Positions 1 to 8,630 of a stretch of DNA of 32,000 nucleotides are shown one piece after another (positions within the stretch are counted from its first letter, which is position 1; every line of letters begins with the position of its first letter). The DNA is from Nitrosospira multiformis ATCC 25196. Its GTDB lineage: Bacteria > Pseudomonadota > Gammaproteobacteria > Burkholderiales > Nitrosomonadaceae. Both the position numbers and the translations under genes were made by a program. The DNA lies in contig NC_007614.1 in NCBI RefSeq assembly GCF_000196355.1, forward strand, positions 1,800,001 through 1,832,000, given 5' to 3'. The notes beneath the pieces were generated by a model that did not search any database, was not told where the DNA came from, and saw only the letters and a program-made list of their open reading frames with translations.

Positions 1-2
1 TG

Positions 3-263
3 GCGTTGCGAAGATCGGCCGAAAAAGCCCGGCGCGAGGCCATCAGGCGTCTGGAGAGCAGGCTGATCCAGCTATCCGGCCAGGCACCGGAAGAAATAAA
101 GCAGAGGCAGCAGATCGAGTGGACAATTCACACGATCAAAAATAACAAAAGAGGGGCCTTCCTCCCCTTCACACAGCACCCGATATTCGGGGCGGCGATC
201 GCATTGCCGTCCGGGGGCTATGGACTTCTACTCCTGCTGGAATATTTTGCCACCGGGCAGTAA
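3..263 (+). pseudogene. N-terminal/central part of a small membrane protein, open at the window edge, probably truncated by IS-derived DNA
   Basis: Open frame runs in from the left edge and ends with hydrophobic FGAAIALPSGGYGLLLLLEYFATG then TAG. A same-strand fragment with a hydrophobic segment resumes at 565 after IS5-like sequence. Confidence 0.45.
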
Positions 264-545
264 TAGCCCTGGGAGCGGGGGGGATGAAGTGAGATTCCAT
301 TGCGGCGTAATACCCTTTTGTCTGAGGGCTGCCCTGAACCAGTCAGCATCATAGCCGCGATCCCCCAGCAACTTTTTTGCCCTGGGCAGGGCAGGCAACA
401 ACAGGGCCCACCCTTGTAATCGCTCATCTGTCCTTCGGAGAGCAGCAGGGCAACAGGCTTGCCCCTGCCGTCGCACACGGCATGGAGTTTTGAATTCAAG
501 TCGCCTTTCGTGCGACCGATACGGCGGGGAACATCCCCTTTTTTA
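218..545 (-). mobile_element. Remnant of an IS5-family (IS427-like) transposase, frameshifted and truncated
   Basis: Minus-strand translation gives RIGRTKGDLNSKLHAVCDGRGKPVALLLSEGQMSDYKG and, in another frame, AKKLLGDRGYDADWFRAALRQKGITP, both typical IS5-family transposase motifs. IS-like coding ends at about 313; exact ends not resolved. Confidence 0.8.
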
Positions 546-564
546 AAAGGCTGGCTGCCGTACG

Positions 565-783
565 GTGATAGATGATAACAACAGGCCCGATCTCGGGGAC
601 TTCCAGATGGTGGCGATCACCATCCTCACGGTAATCATTTATGCCATATCCGCAATCGAATTCATGGAGAACATCGAATTCCGCCGCGTGGTTACCATGC
701 CGGACGTGGATGCAACACTGCTGTCAATATTCGGCTTGGGCCAAGCAGCCTATCTCGGCAAGAAAGCCGCCGGCGAGCAGTAG
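565..783 (+). pseudogene. C-terminal fragment of the small membrane protein, probably separated from 3-263
   Basis: Translation DLGDFQMVAITILTVIIYAISAIEFMENIEFRRVVTMPDVDATLLSIFGLGQAAYLGKKAAGEQ: hydrophobic segment followed by a 'MPxxDATLLxxxGxxxxxYLGxK' type C-terminus recalled from membrane proteins. Confidence 0.4.
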
Positions 784-932
784 TTTGATAGCTCCAATAC
801 ATCCTGCGCAGATTGCTTTTGCGCTACAAGGCGTCTGCATCGCGGCCCTTCCTTTCAGATTTAAGTCGTTCTTGTAAAAGAACTTACTCGTGATTCCGGC
901 CACGTGCACCTGCCATTTATGAGAAACGCGGG

Positions 933-3900
933 CTAAAACCTCCAGTCGAGATTTGCCCGGACACCGTTATCCACGACGTTGCTAAATACTTGTCCGGTGT
1001 AGGCAATGCCCAGGATCGCGTTCTTGCCAACGCTTGCGTCCAGGCCCGCCCCTATGATCATTGCGTCTTTCGCGATGGGAGTGCCTGCAATGCCAAATGC
1101 CGAACCACCACTGAAAGCCACGGACGAGCGGGTTGGAACGCTGTCAAAGGCATGACGCCATCCCAGACTGCCCCGCAGCCTTGTGGTCGTCCCCCCTGCC
1201 GTGGAAAACATGCTCGCCGCATTCATGCCCACCGTACTGTAGGTAACGCCTTCGTTATCCCTGGAACTGCTCAATGCTGCAATGCCTCCCCGTTCCTGGA
1301 AACCCTTGGTGGCGAGATTGACATATGCCACCCCCGCGAAGGGCTCCAGCGAAACGTTCTTGAACGGCAGTTCGTAGCCCAGCTCGCCAAACACTTGGCC
1401 GGTGCGGCCGCGATAATCCCCTTTCGCCTGGTTGTTGAAACCCGGGAAAAGGATATTGCGGTTCGTTTCGAAGTCATGCCAGGTATAGCCGCCGCCAAAA
1501 CGCAGACCGAGGGCATGCCAACGCGTGCCGCCATAAGCCGTTACGTGATAGTTGTCGCTTGAACCTGTTGAAAAGCGTTCGTTCACATTAAAGGACGAAT
1601 TGCTGTAGCCCCCGGCAATCCCCAGACGCAGGAGGTCGGCAACAAGAGTATCGCCTCCCATGAAAAAACCCCCGATGTTCCGATTGATGCGCGCCGCATT
1701 CATATCTCCGCTACGGTGTCCGAAAGAACCGAATGTACGGGTCCAGAATGCGTGGCCAGTTGCTCTGTTTTCTTGCAGGGTTTGCCCCGATGCCCGGGAA
1801 ACAGTCACGCCCGGCCAGCTAAAGGACTGACGCAAGCGATCATTGACCGCTTCGCGCAGGAAACGGCTATCCTCGATCATGACGCCCTTTGCGCTGGCAT
1901 GAAGTTCTCCTGAAAGGCTATCGAAAGCCCGTCTCGCGGCATCCCGATCAGGAAGACCGGTAATCGTGTCGTACAGTGAATGCCCGGAGCCCAGGCTTTC
2001 CACACTCTGGCCCGCCGCACACTGATTGGCTGTAACAGTGACGGCGCAAAATGCGAGGGGGTTGGCATCGAGGTAAACGTTGTTCGGGTCGTAGCTCAAT
2101 CCCACATCCAGAAAGGGCAGTGTCCGGGTAAGGGTGAGCGCATCGAATGCTCCTGTCCGCCCACCTGCCGCCGTCAGGATGGTGTAGCGCGTGCTGGCGG
2201 AATAGGTACCCACCCCTGGAGTGACCGCAACCGTGCCGCCATGGAGATTCGCCGTGCCGGCGACAGCGATCCGATCGCTGTTTCCGGCAGGGTCGATTTC
2301 AACCTCATAGACGGAGCCGGGAAGCTGCGTGTAATTGCCGCTTACCCCAAGCGTGCCAATGGAATTTCCTGGAGCAACAGTGCCGGCAACAATTCCCGTA
2401 CCGATCATCCCGTTGCCCTGAAGGCGGGCATCCGCATCCACATTCACCACCCCACCCAGGATGCCATTGACGGCGAGCGTGCCGGAATTGACGAGAATCG
2501 AACCCACAAACCCTCCTGAATTCCCTGTCAGTTCCAGTGTCCCTGCCCCATCTTTGACGATCGTGCCAAAACCCGAAATTGCCCCTGAATAGCCCAGGTT
2601 ATTCGAACGGTTGAACTCGAGGATGCCGCCGAAATTATTCACATCTCCGACGATACTGCCGATGGTGCCGCCGTTGCCGATTTGCAGAGCGCCGGCATCA
2701 ATTGTCGTGCCGCCGGTATAAGTGTTTTCCCCGGTCAATGTCAGCCTTCCCGCGCCCAGCTTGTTCAGCGCGCCAGTTCCGGAGACCACGCCGCCATAGC
2801 TCATGTCATTGGAGCGGTTGAACGCGAGCGTGCCGTTATTGGTCACGTTCCCGGCGATACTGCCGGTGATGCCGCCATTGCCGATTTGCAGAGCGCCGGC
2901 ATCAATTGTCGTGCTGCCGGTATAGGTATTTTCCCCGGTCAATGTCAGCCTTCCCGCGCCCAGCTTGTTCAGCGCGCCAGTTCCGGAGACCACGCCGCCA
3001 TAGCTCATGTCATTGGAGCGGTTGAACGCGAGCGTGCCGTTATTGGTCACGTTCCCGGCGATACTGCCCGTGGTGCCGCCGTTGCCGATTTGCAGGGCAC
3101 CGGCGGCAATTGCCGTACCGCCGATATACGTGTTTTCACCAGTCAACGTCAGTCTTCCCGGACCCAGCTTGATTAATCCCCCAGTCCCGGAAACCACGCC
3201 GCCATAGCTCGTGTCATCAGAACGATTGAACGCGAGCGTGCCATTGTTGATCACGTTCCCGGTGATGCTGCCCGTGATGCCACCGTTGCCAACCTGGAGT
3301 GTTCCGGCGCTGATCACGGTGTCGCCAAAGTAGAAATTATTACCGCTGAGGATCAGCTGGGCGGAACCGGTTTTGGTGAGATTACCCATACCGAACATGC
3401 TGAGGATGGGGCCAGCCACTTCCAGATTCGCATCCGTATGGAATGTACCCCCACCAAAGTCCAGTAAAACACCACGAGTCATGGTAAAGCTTGCGGTATT
3501 TCGGTGCGTGCCATTAGAGAGTCTAAGCCACCCCATGGAAGCGCCCATGTTGTTGTCGGCACTTACAACCAGTGTACTGGAATTGACGAAGGTCTCACCC
3601 AAGTATGTGTTGGCCCCTGTCAGCTCCAGCATGTCGTTGCCGGTACCAATCACCTGAAGCCCTCCCGTGCCGGACAAAGTGCCGTTAATCCGCGCATGTC
3701 CCTCAATGGAGCCCCCCTGGACCTGAATGGTAGGGATTACCCCACCGAGGTCGATTCCATTCTGGAAATCCAGCATGTTGGCGCTGGATGTGCCGAGAAT
3801 GAGGGCCTCTCCGCTGGGGACAAAATTTCCGCTCCCCCAGGTCAGAGTGCCGCCGCTGCCACCGATATTGACAATACGATTCGAGCCATTCGAAAGAAAC

Positions 3901-4142
3901 CCTCCACTGCCGGTCCATTGCACTTGTCCCGGACCTGTACCGAGGCTGCCGCTAAAATCGCCGGTAACACTGGTGAGTTCGACAACCTCGCCACTGCCGA
4001 GGGAACCATTAAATACGAGATTGCTCGCTGGATCCCATGGCAGCATCAGCTGCGCGTATGGTTTTGGAGAAACGGCTGATAACGCAGAGCCTAGAATCAC
4101 GAGCTGCAAATCGAATAATGTGAAGCGTGGTTTTTTTTTCAT
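933..4142 (-). CDS. Autotransporter (type V secretion) with passenger-associated transport repeats and C-terminal beta-barrel domain
   Basis: ORF 933-4292; most likely start ATG at 4142 (MKKKPRFTLFDLQLVILGSALSAVSPKPYAQ, signal-peptide-like). Repeated GxGRLTLTGENTYTGGTTIxAGALQIGNGG motifs, then a beta-domain ending in ...ANLDWRF with a terminal Phe. Confidence 0.93.
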   Translation of the reverse strand: MKKKPRFTLFDLQLVILGSALSAVSPKPYAQLMLPWDPASNLVFNGSLGSGEVVELTSVTGDFSGSLGTGPGQVQWTGSGGFLSNGSNRIVNIGGSGGTLTWGSGNFVPSGEALILGTSSANMLDFQNGIDLGGVIPTIQVQGGSIEGHARINGTLSGTGGLQVIGTGNDMLELTGANTYLGETFVNSSTLVVSADNNMGASMGWLRLSNGTHRNTASFTMTRGVLLDFGGGTFHTDANLEVAGPILSMFGMGNLTKTGSAQLILSGNNFYFGDTVISAGTLQVGNGGITGSITGNVINNGTLAFNRSDDTSYGGVVSGTGGLIKLGPGRLTLTGENTYIGGTAIAAGALQIGNGGTTGSIAGNVTNNGTLAFNRSNDMSYGGVVSGTGALNKLGAGRLTLTGENTYTGSTTIDAGALQIGNGGITGSIAGNVTNNGTLAFNRSNDMSYGGVVSGTGALNKLGAGRLTLTGENTYTGGTTIDAGALQIGNGGTIGSIVGDVNNFGGILEFNRSNNLGYSGAISGFGTIVKDGAGTLELTGNSGGFVGSILVNSGTLAVNGILGGVVNVDADARLQGNGMIGTGIVAGTVAPGNSIGTLGVSGNYTQLPGSVYEVEIDPAGNSDRIAVAGTANLHGGTVAVTPGVGTYSASTRYTILTAAGGRTGAFDALTLTRTLPFLDVGLSYDPNNVYLDANPLAFCAVTVTANQCAAGQSVESLGSGHSLYDTITGLPDRDAARRAFDSLSGELHASAKGVMIEDSRFLREAVNDRLRQSFSWPGVTVSRASGQTLQENRATGHAFWTRTFGSFGHRSGDMNAARINRNIGGFFMGGDTLVADLLRLGIAGGYSNSSFNVNERFSTGSSDNYHVTAYGGTRWHALGLRFGGGYTWHDFETNRNILFPGFNNQAKGDYRGRTGQVFGELGYELPFKNVSLEPFAGVAYVNLATKGFQERGGIAALSSSRDNEGVTYSTVGMNAASMFSTAGGTTTRLRGSLGWRHAFDSVPTRSSVAFSGGSAFGIAGTPIAKDAMIIGAGLDASVGKNAILGIAYTGQVFSNVVDNGVRANLDWRF
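2688..3299 (-). repeat. Three tandem near-identical 204-bp (68-aa) repeats in the autotransporter passenger, followed by a fourth diverged copy
   Basis: The string ttgccgatttgcag (or a close variant) starts at 2674, 2878, 3082 and 3286, exactly 204 bp apart. Protein unit: LQIGNGGxTGSIAGNVTNNGTLAFNRSNDMSYGGVVSGTGALNKLGAGRLTLTGENTYTGxTTIDAGA. Confidence 0.95.
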
Positions 4143-4934
4143 AATGCCCTTAATAGATGATGTGCCTGCCCTGAAGCTCATTCTCCTGAATCTGCTCCGC
4201 TGCCTGATGCGAATCGAATAAACGCTCCAGCCGGTACTTGAAGCAATGCGGACATCCGGCTGGTCCATACCCCAGGAAAAGAAGGACTGCATGCTACAGC
4301 CCTGGCAGAACGTGCAAAACGAGCGAAAGAGAGGCCTTCCTCCCGCTTTTCATTTACTCCATGACTTATTTCCAGCAACAGCGGAGAAACAGGAAGAACT
4401 TCAGGCTTACAGGATCAGGGCACGACGCCCCGCGTTATTGCCGGCAGCTTCTAGGGGCAACGATCTCCTGTGCCACGTTGTCGGACTTGTTCCCGGTTGA
4501 TGTGCTCCTTCAACCGGGAGCAAGAATCGAAGTCCCACTGAGTACCTTGAGCAGGCCATTTACGTCGTGCAGGGCACATTGGACCTTGCCGATGGCGTCT
4601 TTGAAGCTGGCCAGCTGCTTGTGCTTAAACCGGCCAGGAATTTAATACTGTGTGCGTCGGGACCAGGCCCGGCACGAATCATGCTGGTAGGCGGCGAGCT
4701 AATGGATGGATCACATTATCTCACCTGAAATTTCGTTTCCAGCCCGCCGGATCTAATCGAACAGGCAAAAGAGGACTGGCATAATCAGCGCTTTGCCAAA
4801 ATCACAGAAGAGATAGAATTCATTCCTTTACCGGATATACCGGATAAGCCGGTACGCCACCCATGAGAGCTACCGATTGCATCGCCGTATAGCAGCGAGG
4901 GCGGCAGGCGAAGATGAAATCGCCCTTATTCTAC

Positions 4935-5366
4935 TCACCACCTTCGATGGAGATCATCAGGCAGAGCGGTTTGGCGGGAATAGAAATCGGTCTCTATCTG
5001 AGCTGGTCCTTTGCCCGCATGGGAATGTCTACTTTTTCGGCGCACTGTTTTTACGAGCTTGCTCACGCATTTTTTATCCAGCTTATCCATTTGCTCTGGC
5101 GTAAGCACACTCTGTAAACTTGATCGCGTCTCTTCCTGTACCAGTTGCAGCTTTTGCCTCTCCTCGTTGAAAATAGCTTCAACTTTCTGTTTCTCTACAT
5201 TAAAAATACTTTCGACCTTGGGTCTTTGTTCTTCAGTAAGGCCAAGCTCTTTGCTTATGCGCTCAATCCCTTTACCAGCATCCTTTTGTTGAGCCTGTGA
5301 TGTGCTCCCCATAAAACGTGCCATCTGGAATCTAGTAAAGTTCGTTTTTTGATCCGCTTGGGTTTC
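4935..5366 (-). CDS. Spy/CpxP-like periplasmic protein, possibly lacking its native N-terminus because of adjacent IS insertion
   Basis: ORF 4935-5543 contains RISKELGLTEEQRPKVESIFNVEKQKVEAIFNEERQKLQLVQEETRSSLQSVLTPEQMDKLDKK (LTxxQ-type motifs). Codons above ~5366 lie inside the IS element and no signal peptide is visible. Confidence 0.55.
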   Translation of the reverse strand, partial: ETQADQKTNFTRFQMARFMGSTSQAQQKDAGKGIERISKELGLTEEQRPKVESIFNVEKQKVEAIFNEERQKLQLVQEETRSSLQSVLTPEQMDKLDKKCVSKLVKTVRRKSRHSHAGKGPAQIETDFYSRQTALPDDLHRRW

Positions 5367-5400
5367 CAGGACCATTCCGAGAGTTAGTTTTCGGCGCTGG

Positions 5401-6385
5401 TTAAACCCGGGCAAAGCTTGAAAGCCCCGCCCGGTGTACAAATTCGGCTGGCGACAGGTCATTGAGAGTCGAGTGAGGCCGACTCTCGTTGTAGTCCCGC
5501 CGCCAGTCCTCGATGATCGCTTTGGCCTCTTCCAGCGTTTCAAACCAGTGCAAGTTCAGGCACTCGTCCCGGAATGATCCGTTAAACGTCTCGATGTGGC
5601 AATTGTCCGTTGGCTTTCCCGGGCGGCTGAAGTCGATCCGTGCCTGGTGATGGTACGCCCAGAGATCGAGCAACTGCCCCGAGAATTCGCTGCCATTATC
5701 GACAAAAAGATATTGAGGAGGACCCCGCCGCGGCCAGTCGATTTAACGTAGCGACCACATGGTCGCTTCGCAGACGCTGACCCACTTCGATTGCCAATGC
5801 TTCCTTGCTGAAGACATCCACAATCGTCAGCGTACGGAACTTCATCCCGTTGGCCAGTTGGTCCGCCACAAAGTCCATGCTCCATGCTTCATTGGGTTTG
5901 GTCGGCTTGATCTTCGCCTGGCGTCTCACGACCATCTTGCGGCGCCTGGGCAGCTTTGAGCGAAGCTGTAGCTGCTCTTCGCTATAAAGCCGATACATCT
6001 GGTTTTTACCCAGCTGCCAGCCTTCACGCTTGAGAAGCACGTGGATGCGCCGGTAACCATAACGCACCCGTGTCTTTGCAATCTCCCGCATACGCCCTCG
6101 CAACGCCTGCTTCGGATCCTTGATGCTCCGATAGTACTGGACGCTGCGCGATTGCTTCATCAACCTGCAGGCCCGCCGCATGTTCAGGTCATGGTGGCTC
6201 ACGATGTAGTCCACCACTTCGCGTTTCAGCGCGGGCCGGGCCACTTTTTTGATGCAACGTCCTGCAGGATCGCCCGGTCCAGGCTCAAGTCGGCTACCAG
6301 CTTCTTGAGCCGCCCATTCTCTTCCTGCAACTGCTTGAGCTCCCGCACCTGGTCCGACTGCATCCCGGCGTACTGCTTCTTCCAA
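5401..6385 (-). pseudogene. IS3-family transposase OrfB (DDE integrase domain), interrupted by a frameshift
   Basis: ORF 5696-6385 (ALKREVVDYIVSHHDLNMRRACRLMKQSRSVQYYRS...WSMDFVADQLANGMKFRTLTIVDVFSKEALAIEVGQRLRSDHVVATLNRLAAAG) continues in another frame at 5401-5725 (QYLFVDNGSEFSGQLLDLWAYHHQARIDFSRPGKPTDNCHIETFNGSFRDECLNLHWFETLEEAK). Confidence 0.9.
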
Positions 6386-6513
6386 CGGTAGAACGTCTGT
6401 TCCGAAATCCCCACCTGCCGGATCAGATCCGCCACCGGCATCCCCAGTTCCGCCTGCTTCAATACCGCTACGATCTGTTCTATTGAAAACCGCTTCTTCT
6501 TCATGGCAAACAC
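6226..6513 (-). CDS. IS3-family transposase OrfA (HTH protein)
   Basis: MKKKRFSIEQIVAVLKQAELGMPVADLIRQVGISEQTFYRWKKQYAGMQSDQVRELKQLQEENGRLKKLVADLSLDRAILQDVASKKW, characteristic IS407-group OrfA. Confidence 0.92.
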   Translation of the reverse strand: MFAMKKKRFSIEQIVAVLKQAELGMPVADLIRQVGISEQTFYRWKKQYAGMQSDQVRELKQLQEENGRLKKLVADLSLDRAILQDVASKKWPGPR

Positions 6514-6695
6514 CCCCCTTTCAAGGTCTAGTTTGCCGAAAAACTCACTTTCTGTCTGGTCCTGAATTCCTAAAGCAGATCACTGCTCTTGATCTCACAA
6601 TTGGTCCTGGCTCCCATAGTCATGACAATCCTCCTTTTCAAAAAGAGAAATGAGTCGATCAGATCAGTGCTCCTCCTTTCCCGGTTTATTCCGAT

Positions 6696-7289
6696 CTATC
6701 CCCTGCTCCCCTTGGCGGGAGGTTTGAGTACACATTCGCCCATATCGAAAGTGAGTCTGTCACCTCCGTAACCCCAGATAGCGGTAAAAGGGGCCTTCTT
6801 TTCATCTTCGCCACCCTCGATTGCGCTGGTTTTGATGGTCAGGGAGACGACAAGGGGTTTGTTTTTCGGATGAACGACCGGGATCAGTCTGCCGATAGCA
6901 GTAATCGCGCCTCCCGCTTTCACGGTAAAAGCTTTGGTTTTGGCCGAGTAGCAGTTGGTCCAGAGGCAGGCTGACAACTCACCGGTTTTTGCGTTATAAA
7001 GAAACGACTCCTCGTGCTGAAAATCCTCCGTCACCCGCTCGCACTGATCCGCGGTGCACTCATACTTGAGATCCGCCCTGCAATCGAACTCTCCCTTTTG
7101 CTGGGCTAAAACCCCCGGAGAGAACAGCAACGGTACCAGCAGCGTCGGGTACGCAAACGGTGGAAGATACCTGGCGCAGGAATGGGAGCAGCAATCACGG
7201 CTCTGCAATGGTGAATCCCCATTCCCACAGTTGGGAGATAAAAGACGGCAGGTCTCTCGCGGTTCCGGCAAGTATATGCATGAGGACAT
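6696..7289 (-). CDS. Hypothetical secreted cysteine-containing protein
   Basis: 197-aa ORF with internal hydrophobic stretch LPPFAYPTLLVPLLFSPGVLAQQ. True start is probably downstream of 7289, because the ORF overlaps the deacetylase 3' end. Confidence 0.6.
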   Translation of the reverse strand: MSSCIYLPEPRETCRLLSPNCGNGDSPLQSRDCCSHSCARYLPPFAYPTLLVPLLFSPGVLAQQKGEFDCRADLKYECTADQCERVTEDFQHEESFLYNAKTGELSACLWTNCYSAKTKAFTVKAGGAITAIGRLIPVVHPKNKPLVVSLTIKTSAIEGGEDEKKAPFTAIWGYGGDRLTFDMGECVLKPPAKGSRG

Positions 7290-7788
7290 TGAATGAAACC
7301 TTGCGGGGCATCTGCGTGAACTGCTCCTCGATGTAGGCTATCTTTTCCTGACCCAGCCCTTGAGGGGCTTTCCAGTCCTCCGTATCGATATCCCAGGTGA
7401 CGATAGTGAGTGACAACTCCCCGGCTACCCGGACAAGCTCTGGATCTAAATGGCCTCGAAAACCACCCGCCCCATAAGGTGGCCGGATTTTGGTGGGCCG
7501 GAGTCCGCTGACTTCTTCAATGATATCCTGCGTTCGTTCAAGTTCGCGGCGCACCTCCTCCGTCTCCTGCGCGAGATCGGGGTGGCTCCAGGAGTGATTC
7601 TGGATATCATGCCCTTGATCGACAATCATTCTTGCTGCCTCGGGAAATTGCCTGACTTCGTCGCCAAGAACGTAAAACTCCGCCTTGATATCATTTTCGC
7701 GCAGCGTTCCCAGAATGCTTTCCAGCGCACTTACAGGCCCCGGTCCATCGTCAAAAGAAAGGACTATCCGTTTTCCGTCACCGGACAT
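7195..7788 (-). CDS. Polysaccharide deacetylase (NodB-homology domain) family protein
   Basis: VLSFDDGPGPVSALESILGTL...FYVLGDEV...GHDIQNHSWSHPDLAQ...RPPYGAGG...TWDIDTEDW: canonical NodB motifs (DDG, HxxxHP, RPPYG). Confidence 0.92.
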   Translation of the reverse strand: MSGDGKRIVLSFDDGPGPVSALESILGTLRENDIKAEFYVLGDEVRQFPEAARMIVDQGHDIQNHSWSHPDLAQETEEVRRELERTQDIIEEVSGLRPTKIRPPYGAGGFRGHLDPELVRVAGELSLTIVTWDIDTEDWKAPQGLGQEKIAYIEEQFTQMPRKVSFNVLMHILAGTARDLPSFISQLWEWGFTIAEP

Positions 7789-8028
7789 GTTTCCCCTCCC
7801 GATAATACTGATGGCCGTCTTGAATTCTTCAAGCTCCTTGTCTCGGCGCTCGACGTGCGGAATTTTCCTGCTATATTATCGATATAGACGATATTTTCAT
7901 GTCCTGCCCGTCTTTTAGCCATCAGACCGGAACCGGCGGCGCTCGATCAAACGTCATGATCTTGAGCCCGTACGGCTATAGGAGTGACCAAACCGGTCAC
8001 ATTACGATCTTTTACAAGGAGATACGAC

Positions 8029-8583
8029 ATGGGCCAGTATCAAATTGCTGTAGTGGTGGGCAGTCTTCGCCGCGACTCATTCAACCGCAAACTAGCTGAT
8101 GCCCTGATAAAGCTGGCTCCACCGGAATTTACATTCAAGCACCTGAACATCGGCGACCTGCCGCTATACAACCAGGACGACGATGAAAATCAGGCTGAGT
8201 CGGTCAAACGGTTGAAGGCTGAAATTGCCGGAGCCCAAGGCCTGCTGTTCGTCACACCCGAATACAACCGGTCCATGCCGGGCGTGCTCAAGAACGCACT
8301 CGATCATGCCTCCCGTCCGTATGGGCAGAATGCATGGGCAGGCAAACCGGGGGGAGTGATCGGTGCTTCCATTGGCTCTATTGGCACAGCCATCGCGCAG
8401 CAGCACTTGCGCAACTCCCTGGCCTACCTCGATGTCCCCACTCTTGGCCAGCCGGAAGCGTTTATACATGTAAAAGAAGGGCTGTTTGACAAGGATGGGA
8501 ACATTGGCAATGAAGACAGCAGAAAATTCCTGCAGAACTGGATGAATCGCTATGTCGATTGGGTGAAAAGGCATGCCGGCTGA
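8029..8583 (+). CDS. NADPH-dependent FMN reductase / NAD(P)H-dependent oxidoreductase
   Basis: MGQYQIAVVVGSLRRDSFNRKLADAL...LPLYNQDDD...VTPEYNRSMPGVLKNALDHASRPYGQNAWAGKPGGVIGASIGSIGTAIAQQHLR. AAGGAG ribosome-binding-like site before ATG at 8029. Confidence 0.93.
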   Translation: MGQYQIAVVVGSLRRDSFNRKLADALIKLAPPEFTFKHLNIGDLPLYNQDDDENQAESVKRLKAEIAGAQGLLFVTPEYNRSMPGVLKNALDHASRPYGQNAWAGKPGGVIGASIGSIGTAIAQQHLRNSLAYLDVPTLGQPEAFIHVKEGLFDKDGNIGNEDSRKFLQNWMNRYVDWVKRHAG

Positions 8584-8630
8584 TTATGACATTTTCCTTT
8601 TTCATTCCTTACTCGGAATGATGGTTACAT

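Larger units (their letters stand above)
5366..6567 (-). mobile_element. IS3-family (IS407-like) insertion sequence, ~1.2 kb
   Basis: OrfA/OrfB gene order. Imperfect terminal inverted repeats: left ...CCAGGACCATTCCGAGAGTTAGTTTTCGGC, reverse complement of the right end TCAGGACCAGACAGAAAGTGAGTTTTTCGGC. Ends approximate to a few bp. Confidence 0.85.

Noticed and set aside
990-1562. 190-aa plus-strand ORF opposite the autotransporter beta-domain
   Set aside because: Antisense to a strongly supported CDS, with no recognisable domains.
2510-3345. Possible CRISPR-like repeat array
   Set aside because: Repeats are 204 bp, contiguous, in frame and encode autotransporter passenger units; there are no short repeats with unique spacers and no cas genes.
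6589-6771. 60-aa plus-strand ORF between the IS and the hypothetical secreted-protein gene
   Set aside because: Overlaps the minus-strand gene end and has no ribosome-binding or family support.
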